From contig JBBQXJ010000004.1 in NCBI GenBank assembly GCA_038209745.1, forward strand, positions 1 to 64,000: a stretch of 64,000 nt of DNA. Reading direction: 5' to 3'. The translations under genes and the position numbers were made by a program. Of this stretch, positions 59,601-64,000 are shown piece after piece. A model generated the notes under the pieces. The model saw only the letters and a program-made list of their open reading frames with translations. It ran no database searches and was not told the origin of the DNA. The stretch comes from Verrucomicrobiota bacterium. Lineage in GTDB: Bacteria > Verrucomicrobiota > Verrucomicrobiia > Limisphaerales > CANJSG01. The number at the start of each line of letters is the position of its first letter. Within the stretch, counting starts at the first letter, position 1.

Positions 59601-61177
59601 TCTATTCCATCGAGGACCTGTCGCAGCTGATCTACGACCTGAAGCAGGTCAATCCCCGCGCGAAAGTCTGCGTCAAGCTCGTGGCCTGCGCCGGAGTCGG
59701 CACCGTCGCCGCCGGCGTCGCCAAAGCCTACGCGGACGTCGTCCTGATCTCCGGACATGACGGCGGCACCGGCGCTTCGCCGCTCAGCTCCATCAAGAAC
59801 ACCGGCGGTCCCTTCGAGTTCGGACTCGCCGAAGCCCAGCAGACCCTGATGTTGAACGATCTCCGGTCCCGCATCGTTCTTCGGACCGACGGCGGCATCA
59901 AGACCGGCCGCGACATCGTTCTCGCCGCCCTGCTCGGAGCCGAGGAGTTCAACTTCGGCACCGCGGCGGTCATCGCCGCCGGCTGCGCGATGTTCCGGGT
60001 TTGCCACCTGAACACCTGCCCCGTCGGGGTCGCCACCCAGAAGGAAGAGCTCCGCCTCAAGTTCCGCGGCAAGCCCGAAAACGTCGTCGCGTTCTTCAAC
60101 TCCATCTCCCAGGAAGTCCGCGAGATCATGGCCGATCTCGGGATCCGCAAGCTCGACGAGCTCATCGGACGGACCGACCTGCTCGAACGCAAGCCTTTGA
60201 CCGAATTCCCCGAGGAACTTCGGCCCAAGATCGCCAGCCTCCAACTCGAACGGCTGCTCTTCCAGGTGGATCCCTCCGGCAACTCCACCCGCATCCACAC
60301 TCGCGAGCGCAACGAGCGGTTCGGTGACAGCTCGCTCGACGACAAGATCATGTCCGACGCCCGCGTGGCGCTCCAAGGCAACGGCGTGGCCAAGCTCGCC
60401 TACAAGATCAACAACACCCACCGGAACATCGGCACCAAGATCTCCGGCCAGATCGGCTTCACCTACGGCGACGAAGGCCTGCCCGATGGCTCGCACATCG
60501 ACATCACCCTGACCGGCAGTGCCGGCCAGAGCTTTGGCACCTTCCTCTCGAAGAGCATCCGTCTGAAGCTGGTCGGAGAGGCCAACGACTATGTCGGAAA
60601 GGGCATGAACGGAGGCGAAATCGTCGTCCGGCCCCCTGCCGGGGTGAAGTTTGTCTGGGCTGATCAGAGCATCGTGGGCAACACCTGCCTCTACGGCGCC
60701 ACCGGTGGACGCCTGTTCGCCGCGGGCCGCGCCGGTGAACGCTTCGCCGTCCGCAATTCCGGAAGCACCGCCGTCGTCGAAGGCGTCGGCGACCACGGCT
60801 GCGAATACATGACCGGCGGCAAGATCGTCGTCCTCGGGGAAACCGGCCGCAACTTCGGTGCCGGCATGTCCGGTGGCCGGGCCTACGTCTACGACCCGGA
60901 GAACGAGTTCGCCACGCGTTACAACAACCAGATGGTCGGCATCGAACCCTTCACTTCGGACGAGGAAGAGAAGGCAGTGCAGGCGCTCATCTACGCGCAT
61001 CTGGAGGCCACCGAGTCACCCCGTGCCAACGAAATCCTGAAGAACTGGTCCTCCACCCGGAACGAGTTCCGCGTGGTCGTACCCCGTCCGGCCACAGCTC
61101 CTCCCGGAGCGGCCCCGGTGCACGAGGTCGAAAAGAAGAGCGAAAGCGGGGACACGGTCGTCCTCAAGAAGGACTGA
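56612..61177 (+). CDS. gltB: Glutamate synthase large subunit
   Basis: EHDA/CGVGF, HQRYSTNT, EPWDGPA, GSMGDD, KQIASGRFGV, QGAKPGEGGQL, C..FRVCHLNTCP [3Fe-4S], GXGXG domain. Confidence 0.98.
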   Translation: MNTTYPNLPGSLYRPEFEHDACGVGFIANTTGKKEFRILEYAIQALCNLAHRGALDADAKTGDGAGVMTQIPHALFRREVEKLGGNLGEDSDLAIGVVFLPRDNKYQASVAQAIIDDACAKFGIHVFGWRPVPVNPRSLGDKAKDTMPDVQQILMGRTQGWSEIEFERKLYLARKTAERRAREEKVEGFYIPSFSSRTIVYKGLFNAPQLQKFYTDLKDPLFTTALAVYHQRYSTNTFPNWQLSHPFRVLAHNGEINTLMGNKNWTAARERELVSEIWGDQIDLIKPIIEPEGSDSAALDNALELLQLSGRDILHSIMMLTPEAWENTADLDPKLRGFYQYHSALNEPWDGPAAVVFSDGKIVGATLDRNGLRPARYKIYEDGLLVMGSEVGVVQLDDKKVVRKGRLGPGKILAIDTEKGVFMDNDEVKTLVASKQPYDEWCAKHLFSLSDHAKSFTTEAAQVNLLDFTLQQIVFGWDNEQLREVLKPMATAAAEPIGSMGDDTPLAVLSKRPRLLFDYFKQMFAQVTNPPIDSIREKIVMSVSTVMGQRKSWLTETPEHIRLIKLDSPFMFDHELAALRQIPNPEFNSETIFCHFDAQKGPDDMAAALKAICDAASKAVSAGHTTIILSDRGVDAQKVPIPMLLAVGAVHHHLIREGRRLSMSIVCESGEARDVHHFALLLGFGASAVNPYVAVDSIRQAVEAGDYGSDITLTKAVANFRKAIESGMLKVMGKMGISTLSSYRGAQIFEAIGVSQDVIDQCFCGTVSQVGGVTLDLIAQDAIRRHAGAYSAPENAALDEGGCYKVARGGRGEFHAFNPQVILTMHRFLKSGGKREDYLKYMDTVNKRDPVSPRDLLTFVTSGTPVPIDEVEPIEDIRRRFTTAGMSLGALSPEAHECLALAMNSIGGKSNSGEGGEDPARLNTERNSAIKQIASGRFGVTPAYLASAQEIEIKMAQGAKPGEGGQLPGHKVSPMIAKLRYSVPGVPLISPPPHHDIYSIEDLSQLIYDLKQVNPRAKVCVKLVACAGVGTVAAGVAKAYADVVLISGHDGGTGASPLSSIKNTGGPFEFGLAEAQQTLMLNDLRSRIVLRTDGGIKTGRDIVLAALLGAEEFNFGTAAVIAAGCAMFRVCHLNTCPVGVATQKEELRLKFRGKPENVVAFFNSISQEVREIMADLGIRKLDELIGRTDLLERKPLTEFPEELRPKIASLQLERLLFQVDPSGNSTRIHTRERNERFGDSSLDDKIMSDARVALQGNGVAKLAYKINNTHRNIGTKISGQIGFTYGDEGLPDGSHIDITLTGSAGQSFGTFLSKSIRLKLVGEANDYVGKGMNGGEIVVRPPAGVKFVWADQSIVGNTCLYGATGGRLFAAGRAGERFAVRNSGSTAVVEGVGDHGCEYMTGGKIVVLGETGRNFGAGMSGGRAYVYDPENEFATRYNNQMVGIEPFTSDEEEKAVQALIYAHLEATESPRANEILKNWSSTRNEFRVVVPRPATAPPGAAPVHEVEKKSESGDTVVLKKD

Positions 61178-61201
61178 CCCAAGCACGCTGGCAGCAAACG
61201 A

Positions 61202-61236
61202 AACGGGCGGATCCGATCGCGGATCCGCCCGTTCTT
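61202..61236. terminator. 14-bp hairpin, probable bidirectional terminator after gltB
   Basis: AACGGGCGGATCCG-ATCG-CGGATCCGCCCGTT. Confidence 0.8.
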
Positions 61237-61273
61237 AAAGAAGGGCTGTTCGTTTCCCGATCGAGTCGTCCCG

Positions 61274-62677
61274 TCAAACGCCTTTCAACCGTCCCGTCGA
61301 ATCACCCAGACGCTCGATGCCTTCGGCCCCCATCTGGTCGGCCAAGGTCAGCAGGAGATTGCTCATGGGCTGCCCGCCAAATTTGGCGAACCGTCCCGGC
61401 GTGATCCGCCCGCCACCGGCACCGGCAAGCAACAGAGGGAGGTTGGAGTGGGTGTGTCGGTTTCCGTCGGAATTGCCGCTGCCGTAGACGATCATGGAGT
61501 TGTGCAGGAGGGACTGTCCGTCCACGTCCTCCGTCGCCTCCATCTTCCCGAGGAACCGCGCGAACCGCTCCATGTACCACGCGTCGATCTTCGCGACCTT
61601 TTCGATCATCTCTTTGTTGTTCTGGTGGTGGGTGAGGTTGTGGTGGCCCTCGGAAATTCCCATTTCTGGAAACGGACGGTTGCTCCCTTCGCTCGCCATC
61701 AAGAACGTCGAGATCCGGGTCGAATCGGTGCGGAACGCGAGCACCATCATGTCGAACATCAGATCGATATGTTCCGCGTAGTTGGCCGGGATACCGGCCG
61801 GCGTCTCCATGTCGGGATCGGGGGTCTTGCCTTGGAACCTCTCGGCCAGTTCGATCCGCTTCTCGATCTCGCGCACGCTGCTCAGATACTCGTCGAGCTT
61901 GGCCCGGTCGCGCGCCATCATCTTGCCTTGGAGATCCTTCGCGTCCGTCAGGACAAAATCGAGGATCGACCTCTGCTGCTTTTGACGACGCAGAAGATTG
62001 TTCGCCCGTTCACCGGGACCGCCGCTCCCAAAGAGTCTTTCGAAGACCAGTCTCGGATTCGGCTCGGGAGAAACAGGCGTGCCCTCGGACTTCCACGAAA
62101 GGTTGTATTGATAGGCGCAGGAATAGCCGGAGTCGCAGTTGCCGGATTTGCGCACCTTGTCGCTGGTCAGCTCCATCGACGGAAATCGAGTAAGATGACC
62201 GATCCGTTGCGCCGTGAGCTGGTCGATGGACGGGCCCGCCTTGATGTCCGACCCTGCCGTTTTCCTCACCCGCACACCGGTCAGGAACGTTCCACTCGCC
62301 CGGGCATGATCCCCGGCTCCGTCGGGCCCGGCGGTGGCGTTTTGGTGGTCCAACCCTCCCAACACCTGCACCTTGCCGCGCAGCGCCTCCAAAGGCCGCA
62401 TCGTTTCCGCAAGCTTGAAGTCCGATCCCTCGCCCCCCGGCCACCACGTGCTCTGGATCATGCCGTTGGGCACATAGACAAACGCCATCCGCAGCGGGGC
62501 TCCTCCGGGAGTGAGCGCGCTGGCGGGCGCAGCGGCCGCTTGCAGCGCCAGCGGGCGGAATGACTCGAACGCCGGCAAAGCAAGACAGGCGCCCAACCCT
62601 CGCAGGAAGGTGCGGCGGTTCAGACTGCCATGGCGCGCGGCGGCGATTTCAGCGGGATGAAGCGGTGTCGGTTTCAT
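61274..62677 (-). CDS. DUF1552 domain protein with Tat signal
   Basis: NRRTFLRGLG, YVPNG, GDHAR, CDSGYSCAY, HHNLTHH, GNRHTH. Confidence 0.92.
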   Translation of the reverse strand: MKPTPLHPAEIAAARHGSLNRRTFLRGLGACLALPAFESFRPLALQAAAAPASALTPGGAPLRMAFVYVPNGMIQSTWWPGGEGSDFKLAETMRPLEALRGKVQVLGGLDHQNATAGPDGAGDHARASGTFLTGVRVRKTAGSDIKAGPSIDQLTAQRIGHLTRFPSMELTSDKVRKSGNCDSGYSCAYQYNLSWKSEGTPVSPEPNPRLVFERLFGSGGPGERANNLLRRQKQQRSILDFVLTDAKDLQGKMMARDRAKLDEYLSSVREIEKRIELAERFQGKTPDPDMETPAGIPANYAEHIDLMFDMMVLAFRTDSTRISTFLMASEGSNRPFPEMGISEGHHNLTHHQNNKEMIEKVAKIDAWYMERFARFLGKMEATEDVDGQSLLHNSMIVYGSGNSDGNRHTHSNLPLLLAGAGGGRITPGRFAKFGGQPMSNLLLTLADQMGAEGIERLGDSTGRLKGV

Positions 62678-64000
62678 GGATTGGGGATTGTTTAGACGTT
62701 ACCTCGGGTTTGCGGTCCGCGCGAGCCCCGGCGACGAGCTTCGCGGTCTGACGCCGCTGGAACGGCGCCGACTCGATGACGCCCATCAACAGAGCCGAGA
62801 AGCGGCCTTCGTTTGCTTCGAGCCGATGGACAATCTGGTCGACCGTCTCGACATCGTAGTATTCGAGCCCGCGGCCCAGCGCGAAGGTCAGAAACTTCTC
62901 GGTCAGGCAGTCATAGAAATCCTGCCGCCGTGCCGTGGCCAAAATCCGCTTGAGATCGCTGATGTTGGAGAATTTCTCCCCTGTGATCAGCTGTCCCGTA
63001 GACTCGATGGGCTGGTGCCGCTCCTGATCGCGCCAGAGACCCATGGCATTGAAGTTCTCCATGGCCAATCCCAGTGGATCCATCCGCGAATGGCACGAAT
63101 GGCAGAGCGGCGATTTCTGGTGCAGTTCCAAAGCTTCGCGCAACGTCGGCTCGTGGTCCTTCACCGAGGCTTCCGCGGCTTCCAGCGAAGGGACGTTGGC
63201 CGGCGGCGGCGGCGGCGGCGAACCCAGGAGGTTTTCCAGGATAAACAGGCCTCTCTTGACCGGTGAAGTCCGATCCGGATTCGAAGTCACTACAAGGATC
63301 GAGCCCTGGGTCAGGATGCCGCCGCGCGGGCTGCCCTCTGGCAGTGTGGCCAGCCGCATTTTGTCCCCTTTCACGTTCAGGTTGGTTAGTCCATAGAAGG
63401 TGGCCAGTGTCTCGTTCAGGAACGTGTAGTTCGCATCCAACAACTCCACCACGCTCCGATCCATCTTGGCCACGTAGTCGAAGGCCAGCTCGGTTTCGCG
63501 CCGCATCGCCAAGCGGGTCGCGCGGTCCAGCTCGATCCGGGGACGAAAGCGGCCTCCGCTAGAACCGCCTTCATCCCGCGCCAAGATCGCCCTGGAATTG
63601 ATCGGCACGCCCTCGACATCGCGCACCTGAAGCCATTGCCCGACGAAGTTTCCCACCATCTCCCGTGACCGCTCGTCGGCCATCATGCGGCGCACCTCGC
63701 CAGAAAGGTTTTTCCGGAGCTGCCCTCGGTCGGCCAACCCGATCAGCTCGTCGTCCGGCATCGTCGACCAAAGAAAGTAGGACAACCGCGAGGCCAGAGA
63801 ATACTCGTCGACCAATGGATCACCCTTCGACGACCGGGTCCGGATCGTATCCTCCATGCGAAACAGGAAGCGCGGCGAGGCCAGCACCGCCACCATCGCC
63901 CGGGCCAATCCTCCCTCGAAACCCCGCTCCGGAGCGTTGTATTCCCCTTCCGCGAAGTTCACCAAGCGATCCAAGAACGCCGGATCGACCGGCCTACGAA
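62649..64000 (-). CDS. DUF1592/DUF1588/DUF1585 (PSD/PSCyt) cytochrome c-like protein, 5'-truncated by window edge
   Basis: LASRLSYFLWSTMPD, TSPVKRG, PPPPP, CHSCH heme motif, DPLGLAMENF, FALGRG. Confidence 0.92.
   Translation of the reverse strand, partial: RRPVDPAFLDRLVNFAEGEYNAPERGFEGGLARAMVAVLASPRFLFRMEDTIRTRSSKGDPLVDEYSLASRLSYFLWSTMPDDELIGLADRGQLRKNLSGEVRRMMADERSREMVGNFVGQWLQVRDVEGVPINSRAILARDEGGSSGGRFRPRIELDRATRLAMRRETELAFDYVAKMDRSVVELLDANYTFLNETLATFYGLTNLNVKGDKMRLATLPEGSPRGGILTQGSILVVTSNPDRTSPVKRGLFILENLLGSPPPPPPANVPSLEAAEASVKDHEPTLREALELHQKSPLCHSCHSRMDPLGLAMENFNAMGLWRDQERHQPIESTGQLITGEKFSNISDLKRILATARRQDFYDCLTEKFLTFALGRGLEYYDVETVDQIVHRLEANEGRFSALLMGVIESAPFQRRQTAKLVAGARADRKPEVTSKQSPIHETDTASSR

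Overview
High-GC bacterial chromosomal window of mostly core genes. The gene content (DUF1552/DUF1592 'PSD' proteins, DUF6600, style of the atp operon) points to the PVC superphylum, most likely Verrucomicrobiota (inference). It holds asd (5'-truncated), hemB, carA, a complete atpBEFHAGDC operon, a CPA2 antiporter, a Dabb / PEP-hydrolase-like / Tm-1-like (UPF0261) cluster, sulP-usp, a sigma54-driven flgBC-fliEFGHI operon, mutS, a YncE-phosphoesterase lipoprotein, a cardiolipin synthase, a DsbD-like protein, an orphan nuoA, a phosphohexomutase, a gene for only the C-terminal half of CarB, cobW, gltB without gltD, and DUF1552/DUF1592 genes. No rRNA, tRNA or CRISPR array was seen. The best leads are: (1) REP-like palindromes and heptamer repeats translated in frame inside MutS, with relatives in nearby intergenic DNA; (2) a 34-codon uORF with a TPPW motif whose stop abuts the sulP start; (3) a split bacterial counterpart of the plant antiviral protein Tm-1; (4) a frameshifted integron-integrase remnant in a cluster of repeats right after fliI; (5) split CarB; (6) a DUF5989 peptide / membrane C39 peptidase / GNAT trio. 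All family calls come from motif recognition by eye; no searches were run.
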